64,000 nt of DNA from Rhynchobatus australiae (taxonomy: Eukaryota), in assembly GCA_034780895.1 (NCBI GenBank), contig JAUZTB010000064.1, positions 72,426,442 to 72,490,441 of the forward strand, read 5' to 3'. This document shows positions 22,231 to 34,717 of this stretch, in pieces (the stretch's first letter is position 1; the number at the start of each line of letters is the position of its first letter). The notes under the pieces are model-generated. The model ran no database searches. It saw only the letters and a program-made list of their open reading frames with translations, and was not told where the DNA came from. The translations under genes were made by a program, and so were the position numbers.

Positions 22231-23898
22231 TATTGAAATGAATTACTTCCCATTTCTTCATTCAAATTTCACCTGCCGGGTGTCTGTCTATTTCACCAAA
22301 TTATGGGTGTATTATTGAAGTCTGTTGCTATTCCCTTTGCTGTGAAATATGAGTTTTGTGACATTTACATGCTTTGTAGTAATGCTATATACATCCAAGA
22401 CCAGATCATTAAAGTATTTCAAAGAGTGGTCCCAGGAACAGTCTGGAAAAGCAAATATTCACCTCTATATTTCCTGGCCCTTTACTTATTTTGTAACCAT
22501 GCAGCCACTATTTCTTGCTTTCCTATATACTTAGAGTGCAGTGTTGTAAATGGTGTCTTGAATTATATTCCATTTCAGTTCTCAGTCTCTGAGAATAGCA
22601 ATACTGATTGTTGAATGGACTTGAGGAACTGTGGGCTCTTATCGGTAACAACGACTAAGGCATTCACCTTCTGAGTATTGTGGGAAAAACAGTCGAACCT
22701 TCACTTTTACTAATATTCGGCACTTTGAATCATTATGGTTGCCCTTGTCCCTAAATGTAAAGATCTTTGCATTCCTTGTACCCTGGGGCAGAGTCCCCGT
22801 CTTCAACAGTAGGATGCTGTAGGAATGCTGCGTGGCTCTGCTTTGAGTTCAGGCAGAATGGCATCGTTGCCTGGGGATTGTCCATTACCAAAAGTGTTGA
22901 TAGCTTTACTTAGCTCCTCCATTGGCAGGTTTGGTATCTAGTTCGTCCATGAAAGGCATGCTCACTATTATGACTAATCCTCCTTGGCAATGATATTTTC
23001 CCTGGAGTACAGTTTAAAATAGTTTTCCACCCATCTCTCCATCTGATTATAATGACTGATGAAGATTCCCCTATCTTCTTTTCAATGGAGCTGTTTACTT
23101 TGCTGAAGAATTTATTGCCTTCTTGTTTTTTTTGAGCACCTGGCATTCTTTGTGTCAGAAGGCAACTGGATGCTCTGATGGAATTGTAACTCTTTGTCAC
23201 CGGCACACTGCCTATCTGTCTGTTGGACTCTGAGCAGCTCATCAGGTATTCAGTGATTTCTCATTCAGGTCTCTCATGTAATTGATAAAGGCACACTGCT
23301 TAATTTCAGTTGGGTTTCCATTACATGACATTGCCTCAAATTAGTCAGCATTTTTCCATACTTGTTTCCCCATGTATTGAGAACATTNNNNNNNNNNNNN
23401 NNNNNNNNNNNNNNNNNNNNNNNNNNNNNNNNNNNNNNNNNNNNNNNNNNNNNNNNNNNNNNNNNNNNNNNNNNNNNNNNNNNNNNNNNNNNNNNNNNNN
23501 NNNNNNNNNNNNNNNNNNNNNNNNNNNNNNNNNNNNNNNNNNNNNNNNNNNNNNNNNNNNNNNNNNNNNNNNNNNNNNNNNNNNNNNNNNNNNNNNNNNN
23601 NNNNNNNNNNNNNNNNNNNNNNNNNNNNNNNNNNNNNNNNNNNNNNNNNNNNNNNNNNNNNNNNNCAAAAAATAGATGTGCATTTTTAATCTCATTAAGC
23701 TAATCATTACTGTTAATTGATGCACTTACTATAGGCTGAACACTAAAAGTTCTGACCTGCATTAGCATGGAGTTACCCGTCCTAATGGATGGCATGTAGA
23801 CAAACTTGGCACATTTTTGATGTTTACAATTTTGAGCAGTGTTTAATCTTTTGCTTGAGTGTTGATTTGCTGTTTTTATTCTTGACAGGAACATAATT

Positions 23899-24006
23899 AT
23901 GCCAGCATTTCGACAAGTTGGAGAAAAGCAACTTCCCAATGAAATACTTTACATGGTGTGGTCTCCTAAGCGGGACCTCATTGCACTTGCTAACAAAACT
24001 GGAGAG
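23899..24006 (+). CDS. ANAPC4: ANAPC4 first coding exon (MPAFRQVGEKQLPNEILYMVWSPKRDLIALANKTGE)
   Basis: Acceptor at 23888, ATG 23899, GAG|gtatga; matches the APC4 N-terminus (GEKQLP..WSPKRDLIALAN). Confidence 0.97.
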
Positions 24007-24524
24007 GTATGATCTTTTGTGCTATTATTTTACCAAAAAATTGATTCATGATTATGGTATGAATATAACTATGCTTTGAAATACATTGTCAATGTTTAAA
24101 TTAATCAAACACAAACCTAAATCATAAAAGAAGTAATCATTGATGTTGTTGTTCACCATTTGTAATATGGGGAAACAGCAATAATAATTCACAATTGCCC
24201 ACTTCACTCTCTCAGGTAAGTTGCATGATTTGCTGCTTTTTAACAATGGGACTGTTGTACTTTACTTAATGCACTCAGTGTATTACTTTACCACTGTGGT
24301 ACTGTACTTAAAATTACAATCTTTTGATTGATGCTCAATTTAAGAAAGTTGGCAATTTGGAAAGTGCTTCTCATTTTGAAGCCCCAAATCAATGACTGAT
24401 TGTTTCCTCTTGCACAACTTGTCATTAGTGGCTTGAACATGTAAAAGGCACCAACAACAAATATAAAGTTACAGAGACTAACCTAATGAGAAACCACATA
24501 CTTCCTTAAACCTTTTTAGTGGCA

Positions 24525-25615
24525 TTCATTTATTATTGTCACATGTACTGAGATACAGTGAAAAGCTTTTATTTACATGCCATCTAGACAGATCATGCCA
24601 CATGTAAGTATGTGGAGGTAGTAAAAAGAAAAACAGAATGCAGAATATAGTGTTGCAGTTGCAGAGAAAGTCCAGTGCAGGTAGACAAATAAAGTGCATG
24701 GGCTACGATGAGGTAGATTGGGAGATCAAGAGTTCACCTTTTAGCATATGAGAGGTTGGCTCAAGAGTCTGATAACAGCGGGAGAGAAGCTGACCTTGAC
24801 TCCGGTGGTACGTGCTCCAAAGCTTTTGTACCTTCTGCCTGACAGGAGAGGGGAGAAGAGAGAATGGCCAGGGTTGGAGAGTTCTTTGATTATGTTGGCT
24901 GCTTTCCTGAGGCAGCGGGAATTGTAGTCAGAGTCAATGGAGAGGAAGTTGGTCTGTGTCGGGAAATGGGCTGTGTTCACAACTCTCTGCAATTTCTTGC
25001 AGTCTTGGGCAGAGCAGTTGCCATACCAAGCTGTGATTATTGGGGATATGCTGAATTTCCTTAATCTTCTGAGGAAGTAGAGGTGTTGGTGTGCTTTTTT
25101 GGCTGTAGTCCCCAGGACAAATTGTTGGTGATATTTACACCAAGGAACTTGAAGCTGTCAACCATCTCCACGTCAGCACCATTGATACAGACAATATTGG
25201 TACTCCCACTCACTTCCTGAAATCAATGACCAGCTCCTTCATTTTGCTGACATTGAGGGAAAGGTTGTTGTCTTAACACTACACAACTAGATTCCTGTAC
25301 TCTGTCTCATCATTGTTTGAGATCTGGCCCACTACGGTGGTGTGATCTGCAAACTTGTAAATGGAGTTAAAGCAGAATTTAGCTACACAGTCGTGAGTGT
25401 ATAGGGAGTACAGTGAGGAGCTGAGGATGCAGCCTTGCAGGGCACTGGTGTTGAGGGTAATCGTGGAGGAGGTGTTGTTGCCTGATTTTGGTTTGTTGGT
25501 CAGGAAGTCAAGGATCCAGTTGCAGAGGAGCATGCAGAGTCCTAGGTCTAGGAGTTTGGAGATGAGTTTGTTTGGAATTATGGTGTTTAAGGTGGACCTA
25601 TGGTCAATAAATATG
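24525..25615 (-). mobile_element. Rex1/Babar-like LINE 3' part
   Basis: [39 protein letters not shown] and LQRVVNTA motifs on the - strand. Confidence 0.85.
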
Positions 25616-26188
25616 CAATGTTGATTGGATCATTCCAATAAAACACCTTCCTTACAACCAATCAAGAAGAGGTTTGAGTATTATAGAACTATGGTGCACA
25701 GCTTATGGGTGCCAGGAGATCCTGCAAGATTGTATTTCCCATCTGTTGATTAAGCAAATCTTTTAATCTGATTCATTTTGGAGACTACAGCCAAAAAAGC
25801 ACACCAACACCTCTACTTGAGAGATTCAAGTACTTTGAATAGTCTTAAGGAAGAGATTGGGGTTCTTGACAAAATAAAAAGTGTTTTAGATAATGAAGAG
25901 AGAGGGAGCAGCTAGTACCACTGAGGGTAGAAAAAGGAAACTGCATGGGAGCACTAGAGACAGCAGAGGACAAGGAAACAATAAGACAGAGCTAAAGGCA
26001 CTCCTTTGTTATCTCCTGAATATTCTGTAATTACAAATACTCTGTTCCTTGCCCAAATTACTATCTTATACAAAACTAAACTTCCTTTTCTTTTCATTAG
26101 TATCATTATAGTGCATGAAGTATTATTAAGGCAGCTGCTAGCTAATCTATAAACACAGGGTACCATGGAATCTTTGTTTAATTTCCAG

Positions 26189-26294
26189 GTTTTGCTTCAT
26201 CGTTTAGCCCATTTTCAACGGGTGTGGAGCTTGGCACCCAACGAAAACACAGGAAAAGAAGTAACTTCATTAGCATGGAGGCCAGATGGAAAAG
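26189..26294 (+). CDS. ANAPC4: ANAPC4 exon (VLLHRLAHFQRVWSLAPNENTGKEVTSLAWRPDGK)
   Basis: cag|...G|gtaaaa; WD40 repeat of APC4. Confidence 0.97.
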
Positions 26295-26375
26295 GTAAAA
26301 AAAATAAATACCTCAACTTTCAAGATATTTGGTTTTTAATTATGTCTGTTGGTGATAAGTACTTTTTTTTTCTAG

Positions 26376-26508
26376 TTTTAGCCTTTAGTCTTGCAGATAC
26401 TCAACGAGTTGTTCTGTGTGATGTGGAAAAAGCAGAGATCTTACATTTTTTCACTTTGGAAAACGTGGTTACCTGCATGTACTGGGCTGAGGTGATGGAT
26501 CAAAAAAG
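26376..26508 (+). CDS. ANAPC4: ANAPC4 exon (LAFSLADTQRVVLCDVEKAEILHFFTLENVVTCMYWAEVMDQK)
   Basis: tag|...AG|gtaatc; phases 1 to 2. Confidence 0.96.
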
Positions 26509-28009
26509 GTAATCATGAACTTAAACTGAATCTATATTGCAGTTATAGAAATGACAGCATCGATGGAGGCCATTCAGCCTATTATATCTACAAAGACTTG
26601 CCTAATCTCATTTTCCCACCTTTCAGTACTTGATCTGTAGGCCAATAGGTTATGCCACTTCCAGCGCAAATCCGGGTACTTAAATCTGATGAGTGCTTCT
26701 GCCTTCATTGCTAATTATGCAGGGTGTGGATTCTTTGTTTTTGTGTTTTTGTGCAATTAAATCCAATTTCATTGGTTTTGTGCCATCCAGAAGTAAAATG
26801 TAGGAGTAACATGGGTCCCATCTTGTGATGTTTGCTGTTAGATGAGAATTTTATCTGTGGCATTTGAAATTGTCCTATAACTTGGAGGGTGAACTGATTG
26901 GGATGTGCCTTTAACTTAAGAAAATGAAGGAATGAGAAATAAACAGAAATGACAAAAAAGGGGGATGAACTAAAGTCAAACCAGGTTCGGGGAAAGAAAG
27001 ATTTGATTAAGAAAAAGAGGCAAAGAAATTTTCTTAACATATCCACATTTAAAAATTTTTAAACCACAGATTTATCTTATGCAGGAATGTGACTGAGCAG
27101 TTTAAATTACTTTCTTTCTGGTTAGATTGATGTTTTGTTAACAGTTATCACATTGCCAAAATTAATTTCTTAATTTGCAGCATGTTCTCTATGTGAGAAT
27201 AGTGGTCACTTTTTTAAAGATAATAAGGAATTTATGAGTGAAATGCCACTCACATAATAAATGGAACATCATAAACTGGCCAATAGGTCCTCACAATCTG
27301 TAATTCACTATATTTCTGAATGTCTCTCAAGTTGGAATTTTCTTGGCCATTTAGTGTATCATTGACACTTCATTATTGTTCCAGCAACATTTGTCTTTCC
27401 AAATCCAAAAGGCACTTTTATATTGCCAGGATTCTTTTAAATGTGCATGGCTAATTGATTGAAAGATTATACTATATTCTGAAAGTACTCTTCTAATCTT
27501 TTTGTTGAACATGTATTTCAATTACTAGTCATGCTAAAATGAAAATTGGAATAAAGTTATAAATTAAANNNNNNNNNNNNNNNNNNNNNNNNNNNNNNNN
27601 NNNNNNNNNNNNNNNNNNNNNNNNNNNNNNNNNNNNNNNNNNNNNNNNNNCTTGTAGAAGGAAGGAAATGTGTAGAATTATGTCAGGAACAATTTTTTGT
27701 GCAGGTAAGTAACATGATGTTGGACCCAATTTTTTGTATGAATGGGTTTTTACATAAAACGCTGAGAAAACTGCCCCACAGTGGTGACATGCTTGTCAGG
27801 GTGTGTGGTGATGGTGTATGTTTTTAATATATTTTCAGTGCAGCAGTATCCCATGTGTTGTTTTGAAGGTTTGATACAAAATCGCTTGATCTTCTGGGCA
27901 GATATGCAGTGTGAAGTCCAATAAAACCTTTGTAAAAGACATAAAACACAAAATCCCCAAAGACAAAAAGATGAATTTGCTGAATATGCAGCTATTTCAG
28001 ATCATTCAG

Positions 28010-28230
28010 GGGGTGGCATGGGAGTGTAGCGGTTAGTTTAATGCTATTACAGCGCCAGCAATCGAGATTCAATTCCCACCGCTGTCTGTAAGGAGTTTGT
28101 ACGTTCTCCCCATGACTGCGTGGGTTTCCTCTGGGTGTTCTGGTTTCCTCCCACATTCCAAAGACATACAGGTTAGTGGGTTAACATGGGTGTAGTTGGG
28201 CTGGAAGGGCCTGTTACGTGCTGCGTAAGT
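28010..28230 (+). mobile_element. tRNA-derived V-SINE/HE1-like SINE
   Basis: gtgtagcggttag (A box-like), gattcaattcc (B box-like), V-domain-like tgcgtgggtttcctctggg...tttcctcccacattccaaagac. Confidence 0.85.
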
Positions 28231-28285
28231 AAAGTTTTTTAAAATGTTTTAATTATCAGTTAATAATTTTAATCCTTCTTTCCAG

Positions 28286-28360
28286 TGCCACTTCTTCAAT
28301 CAGTTTAATAGATGAGGAAGGAAGCCTTTTCCTGCCCAAGTTACCTGCACTACCAAAGAG
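28286..28360 (+). CDS. ANAPC4: ANAPC4 exon (ATSSISLIDEEGSLFLPKLPALPK)
   Basis: cag|...AG|gtaaat; LPKLPxLPK motif. Confidence 0.95.
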
Positions 28361-29535
28361 GTAAATTTAATGATAAATGTCTAAACTATAATTAAGTCAA
28401 TAAAATGGCATCACCTTATTAATGTGTGAACAGTTAGGCAAACTTGTTTGCTGGGACAGGTCTGCTATCTCATTATCATTTAGTTGAATGAAAACTGATG
28501 TACTTGAAATGCTTTAAAAGATTGCATGTAAAACTGATACAAGTAAATCCACAATCATATCATGTTTCTCCCATTAAGAAAACTTTTGTAGAATGTTCGT
28601 TGTGGAGTGCCAATATGTTTCACTCAGTTGCTGCAATTTTAGCTTTTAAGTATTCAATTACATGCCTATTACAAGTTATGATTTTCCACCAAGTAAAGAA
28701 CAGCTTTTTCTGATTTTGGGTGTGCAGGAAAAAAGTTAAATTTACCACTATTGTTTAACCAAAATCAGGTATAAAATAATAAATTCAGGCAAGAAATATA
28801 AGACCAGATTTTGCTTCATCTTACCACCTGCACTTGCAGCTACATTCACCTACTGAGGTACCCATGGGGTCCATTGTATTTGAGGCATCCACTTTGCAAC
28901 CCTGATGTATTTTACCAGCCACCTACCTCTTTTCATATATTTCCACGTTTAGTACTATCTGTAAATTTTGAAAGAGAAAATGGATCCAAGTAGCACCACT
29001 TTGGAACAGTCATATATACTTCCCACCTGTGTGAAGAACAATCACCAGTCTGCATTCTGCCATTCAACAAATTTTGTATGTGTTTCCTCTGCCTTTTTTG
29101 TCCCAGGGGTTTCATTTGCTTGTAAGCCAGGAACATCACTAAAGGCTTTTTGAAAGCTCAGATACACAACATGAATAGCAATACTTTCAGCCACTGTTAT
29201 TTCATCAAACGGTTGAATCATATTTATCAAATAAGATATGTCTTTCCAAAAGGCTGCTAAATGATAATAATAGGCATAATGTGCTTTTCAAATTGGAAGT
29301 ATAAAACTTTTTTAAAGTTGGCATGTGATATTAAAATTTATTAAACTTGGATTTGGAAATGAATAGTTTCCTCATCTACTTTTGGGTAGAACTTAAATTA
29401 ACCCTTTATTTAAATACTGGCATTCATTTTTATTATTTAAGGATTGTTGTAATTGTAAATTTATTTTAAGAATTGAAAATACTGCATTTAATGTATTTTC
29501 TTTCCTAATCCCTATGCACTTTTTATCTTAATCAG

Positions 29536-29562
29536 TTACAGTACCTCTGCAAAGATATTCAG
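29536..29562 (+). CDS. ANAPC4: ANAPC4 27-nt microexon (YSTSAKIF)
   Basis: cag|...AG|gtatgt; matches YSxTSKIFS. Confidence 0.93.
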
Positions 29563-29651
29563 GTATGTCCCAATTTGTGACATCTATAGTTTTGAAAGTT
29601 AGCTTAAGTTGTTTTCTTGGATACTAAGAAACATTTTCTCTCTCTGTTTAG

Positions 29652-29696
29652 TGAAGAAAAATCAGATGAAGTAACAAAGCTTTTGGGTGACAAAAG
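29652..29696 (+). CDS. ANAPC4: ANAPC4 exon (EEKSDEVTKLLGDK)
   Basis: tag|...AG|gtattt. Confidence 0.95.
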
Positions 29697-32398
29697 GTAT
29701 TTTTTCCCATTCTTTTTTTTGAAGGTTCTTGATTAATGTTTGCAGGTTGACAGGTAAAAGGAGCATGACCAAACTTAAAAGTATTTTATTGTTGAGCACA
29801 TAACAACAAAATGTCATTCTCAGAAATTACATATTCTTAAGCTGTGCATTTCCTTCATTTTATTTGTTAGAACCATTCTTCCCAGTAGTTCATACTGTCT
29901 GAACTGCCCCTCCCTCTTTCTCCTCATCCAGATGATGGAGACCAATAGATCTGCTAAGAGTCGAGGCTCAAGGCCCTCCTTGGCTTAATGCTGATGTAGT
30001 TAATGAAATGAAAACTTCTAATTTATAGCTGGGACATGGCAATATATGCAATATTCTTAGCTGTTGGTGTCCCAGCTATAAACTGCTCACTTGCAGAGAA
30101 ATAAGTGGGCTGCAAAAGTTGTATGTACAGTCACTGCATATTGCATGCACTTACAATGATGCAAAGTCTCGCTACCTACATGAAACATCAAAGGTGTCAA
30201 TCAAACAAGAACTCACTAAATGCTTGCACGCTGACCGTGACCATGAATAGAATAGGTGAAACATTATGAAAATCAAAAAAAACTGAAGGATTAAAAATCT
30301 AGACTAAAAACTGAAAATGCTGGAAACAGTCAGGAAGACAGACAACAACTGTGGAACTAGAAATGGAGTTAATGCTTCAGGTCAAAGACTCTCCATCAGA
30401 CTGACAGATCTGCCAAAATTCTGAGGCTCAAGGTTCTGCTTGGTTTGATGCAGATGGTGTAGTTCCAAAGCAGATACCTCTAATGCAACAGCTAAGGACA
30501 CTGGATATTTTGTCAGGTGTCCTAGTATGCACTTGCAGAGAAATAAGGATCTGACAAAAATCGTCAACCTGAAACTCTGCTCCTCTTTCTTCAGATGCTG
30601 CCTGTCATGAGTACTTACAGTGTTCTGTCTTTTTATTTCAGTTGAACCCCTGTTTTTGGGCATTCAGCATTCCATTAATCTCCAGAAAAGTATCCTCCAG
30701 CTCTAGTGGAAGAGTGCCACCAGGACACCAGGAGAAATGGAAGTGATTCCACTTCCCATCTGGATGTTGCTTCTCTTCTTCCCCCGCCCAACCCTACCAC
30801 ACTACCACATGCTTCCTCATCTTCTATTGGACAAGTCAGCCCCAGCAGTTGGAGATGAAGCAGCCTTTGGCAGTGCCTTCAAGGCCTGCAGAGCCTAGAT
30901 GATGTTGGACAATAGTATCACAGAATAATTTGAGGATGCTCTGTATCCTATTATTCCTGCTGGTACAATCCTCACTGTTGTGGAATGTCTTTAAGTAACC
31001 AGCTCCCCATAACCATTCTGGAGATCCTGGTTGATGCATTCTGAAGGGCACTGCCAGAACTTTCCAGGTGTCTAAAGTTCACTTCAGCACATCGATAATT
31101 TGTTCGGTGACCTATCGAGTGGTAGCAAGGCGATCATTACTCCTGTGCCTCATTCTTTGGGTTTCTGTGAGGTGTCATTAAACATGTTTTAAACTTCAGT
31201 TGGTTCTTTGTTTCCAAGGAGCCATCCAGTAACTCTGCTTCTTTATTTGAAGATATTTTACAGTGTGGACAGTTGTATGATGAAAGAATCATGACATCTG
31301 CCTGGATGTTCATTGAATGGAAGACCAAGAAGTTGCTGAACATCCCTGGGCATCAATGGGTATCTAATTCCCAGTGATGTTTGTAATGGTGACTTAAACC
31401 TGTGGTAAATCAGTCAGAATTGTATATCTAGTATCTGCTCTTTCTTATGGGCTTCATCACAAGCAAAGTTGACATAAATGCTGCCTCTGACAAGGAAGTA
31501 ATCAGTCATCTTAAACACTGGTACTGCCAACTGTGAGATTCTACGGATATCTGTGGCTGAGCACTGGAAGGATCCTGGGGTAAAGAAGCTGAGTTGGTAG
31601 TTTCATTGACNNNNNNNNNNNNNNNNNNNNNNNNNNNNNNNNNNNNNNNNNNNNNNNNNNNNNNNNNNNNNNNNNNNNNNNNNNNNNNNNNNNNNNNNNN
31701 NNNNNNNNNNNNNNNNNNNNNNNNNNNNNNNNNNNNNNNNNNNNNNNNNNNNNNNNNNNNNNNNNNNNNNNNTATTTCTAGGAGTCATCTTGGTTCTCAT
31801 TTGAGATGCAAACTGATGCCACGCAGGTGGCACGCACGCTGGTATTGATAAATCAGTTTCAAAATGCAGATCAAAACTGTGAACATCCAAATTGAATAAA
31901 GTAACTTGTCATCACAAGCACTGTGAATAAACCCTTTCAGATAAGCAACAACTTGGAAAACAGCAGTGAGTGCTGATTACTTGTCAGCAAATCTCCCTGT
32001 CAATTGGCTCTTTTCCTGTTGTTTTGATTTCACAGGGGAGTGTCACTAAATCCAGAAAACCAAAGTTAATTGGTAGAACTTGCGCAAGAATTGTGATAAT
32101 TGATATTAACGGAGCTTCCTGACAGCAAGTTAATTTCCCTGGTTTTAACCCTGCAGGCAAATCCATGTGCTCTTCCACATTAAAATCCAAACCATTTTCA
32201 TAATGATAACCGAACAGCCTAGCGCTATTCATAAATTAGTAGAATTGATCTTCAGAGACCCTCTTTCATTTTTTTTAAATTGAAAATTGTTTGATTCTTC
32301 CACAAGTTAGAAACATTTCACATGGTTATGAAATATGATGAATTTCATGTCTTAAATAAATCTGGTACATTTTAAAATTTTTGTTCTTTTCTCACTAG

Positions 32399-32483
32399 GC
32401 TAAATACCCTTGTTCTAGGGGGAGATTCTGGATTCATTGAATTATATGCATACGGAATGTACAAGATTGCAACAGTAACACAA
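32399..32483 (+). CDS. ANAPC4: ANAPC4 exon (LNTLVLGGDSGFIELYAYGMYKIATVTQ)
   Basis: tag|...CAA|gtatga. Confidence 0.96.
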
Positions 32484-32784
32484 GTATGACAGGTTTTGCA
32501 TTTAAATAATTTTATGAAAATAGTGGAGCCACGTCATTTGTGATCCTAAATACTGCCTGATGGTCAGGTGCAAAGCACAACACCAGAACAGATCAGGGTG
32601 TTATTATTTTGGAATCTTGTCGCACTTGGAATTGTGGATGGAAATTCTTCCAATGCTTTAGGTATAACACTCTATACAGGGACTTTTGACTGAGTTCTTT
32701 CAGTGGCCATAAAACCTCCAGCTTCAATTTACTGACCTGCATTCTCTACCCAGAAAAGAAATTACTTGACTATTGAAAATCAAA

Positions 32785-32944
32785 AAAGGTACAGATGCTG
32801 GAAATCAGAAACAAAAAGAGAAAATAACAGAAACACTGAGTAAGTCAGGTCAGAAAAGAGAAACAAGTTAACTTTTCAGGTTGAAGATTCTTCATCAGAA
32901 CTTATGGTGAAGGGTCTTCAACCTGAAATATCAACAATGTTTCT
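32785..32944. mobile_element. Penelope-like palindrome with back-to-back hammerhead-like motifs
   Basis: ttttcaggttgaagattcttcatcagaa...tggtgaagggtcttcaacctgaaa; flanked by cagatgctggaaatc. Confidence 0.55.
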
Positions 32945-33439
32945 NNNNNNNNNNNNNNNNNNNNNNNNNNNNNNNNNNNNNNNNNNNNNNNNNNNNNNNN
33001 NNNNNNNNNNNNNNNNNNNNNNNNNNNNNNNNNNNNNNNNNNNNNNNNNNNNNNNNNNNNNNNNNNNNNNNNNNNNNNNNNNNNNNNNNNNNNNNNNNNN
33101 NNNNNNNNNNNNNNNNNNNNNNNNNNNNNNNNNNNNNNNNNNNNNNNNNNNNNNNNNNNNNNNNNNNNNNNNNNNNNNNNNNNNNNNNNNNNNNNNNNNN
33201 NNNNNNNNNNNNNNNNNNNNNNNNNNNNNNNNNNNNTAGTAGTAATATTACTTTAAGTGAATTAAAGGTTCAACATTAATTTAGCATCTTTTTGCAATAA
33301 TTGTTTGAATTTCCTGACATTTTCATATTTTTTTTACCACCGTCACTTCTGACAACTTGTAAGTTCTTACTTTCACCTGTGTTTTAATAAGCTGTAATTT
33401 CACCCTGCTGCACTACAATTTTGCAAATGAACTTTCTAC

Positions 33440-33870
33440 TAGGTACCTGTAACTGATTTCTGACTACTCTAATGCACTGCTGGCCAGCCTCTCCCATTCT
33501 CTCCTTTGCATCAGTCAGGCCATCTGCTGGCTGTATCCTTGCTCAAGCAACATCCTGTTTACCCATCACTCTTGCCTGCTGACCTACACCTGTTCTTGGT
33601 TAAGAATTTAAAATTCTCATTCTTGTTTTTTTAATCTTCCCATGATCCACCCTTCTATCAACCTGTATGGTCTAAGTTCAAAGTATTTGCACTCCTGTAA
33701 TTCTAGCTCTTTAATCATTACTGAATTTAATCATTCCATTCTCGGTAGCTGTGCCTTCAACTGACATAGCCCTACACTCTGGAATTTTCTCCATCTATTT
33801 GTTACTTCCTTTAAGATGCTCTTTAAAATCTACCTCACTCAACAAGCTTTTTGTTATCCATCATCATGTC
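33440..33870 (+). mobile_element. L2-type LINE 3' fragment
   Basis: gactactctaatgcactgctggccagcct...cccatcact...tttaaaattctcattcttg...ctctggaa, typical of an L2 3' end. Confidence 0.55.
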
Positions 33871-34606
33871 TCCTTGAGAAGCACATCATCAGATTTTGCT
33901 TTCAGTATTCAGATATACAGAATAATTGGCTTCTGGATAGCTAAGGGTATCACCCAAAATATACATTTGTTATACATCAAATAGCTATGCGCTCTGCTTA
34001 TGTGTCAGTACAGTGAGATGTAAACAGCCATAAAGATTATTTTCTCCAAGCATCCATGGAACAGCACATGACAGATTTGCTTCAATACAGTTTTGCAAAA
34101 ATATCTGACAGCTACATCAACATGCAGTGAGACTAAAGCAACCAGGAGCAGCAAGTGAGAAAGGACATCAAACCATACAAGGAAATCAATGCTATGTACA
34201 GGAAACTCAATGCAATTACCCTTATTCATAATTACCCAATCCAAATTAGCATCGGCAACAATTACCTGGGTAACCTCATTCTCGTTACTTACTGATGTAT
34301 TTCAACTGTTATGGATCTTATTTCTTTTGAATGCTGAAACATTATCCAACAGTATACTAAGAACACTTTCAGAGGAAGGTATTGAAATGAATCATGCAGT
34401 TGTGTTTGAGATAATCAGTAGTTCCATGGAAAAGGAAGAAATTGGGGACTACAGCGAGCGTGTAGGTTATGGGATTTGAATTAGTTAAAAATGGCCTGAA
34501 TATTTTCCATGCTTTTTGAGACAACCATTTGCATCTTTATTTAAAAGATGAATAGTGAAAGACATTAATGTGTTACACTTAAACGTGATTTAATTTCCTT
34601 CTGCAG

Positions 34607-34717
34607 ATTGCTGGCCGATGTTTGGGTCTTTGCTTATCCAGTGATTTGAAAGCATTGTCTGTAATTACAGAGGTTCAACTATCCAAAGAACCAGAGCCAA
34701 TTATCAGCTATTTCCAG
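34607..34717 (+). CDS. ANAPC4: ANAPC4 exon (IAGRCLGLCLSSDLKALSVITEVQLSKEPEPIISYFQ)
   Basis: cag|...CAG|gtaaga. Confidence 0.96.

Noticed and set aside
28020-28085. tRNA-like A/B boxes
   Set aside because: They are the head of a SINE and continue into V-domain-like sequence; not a tRNA gene.
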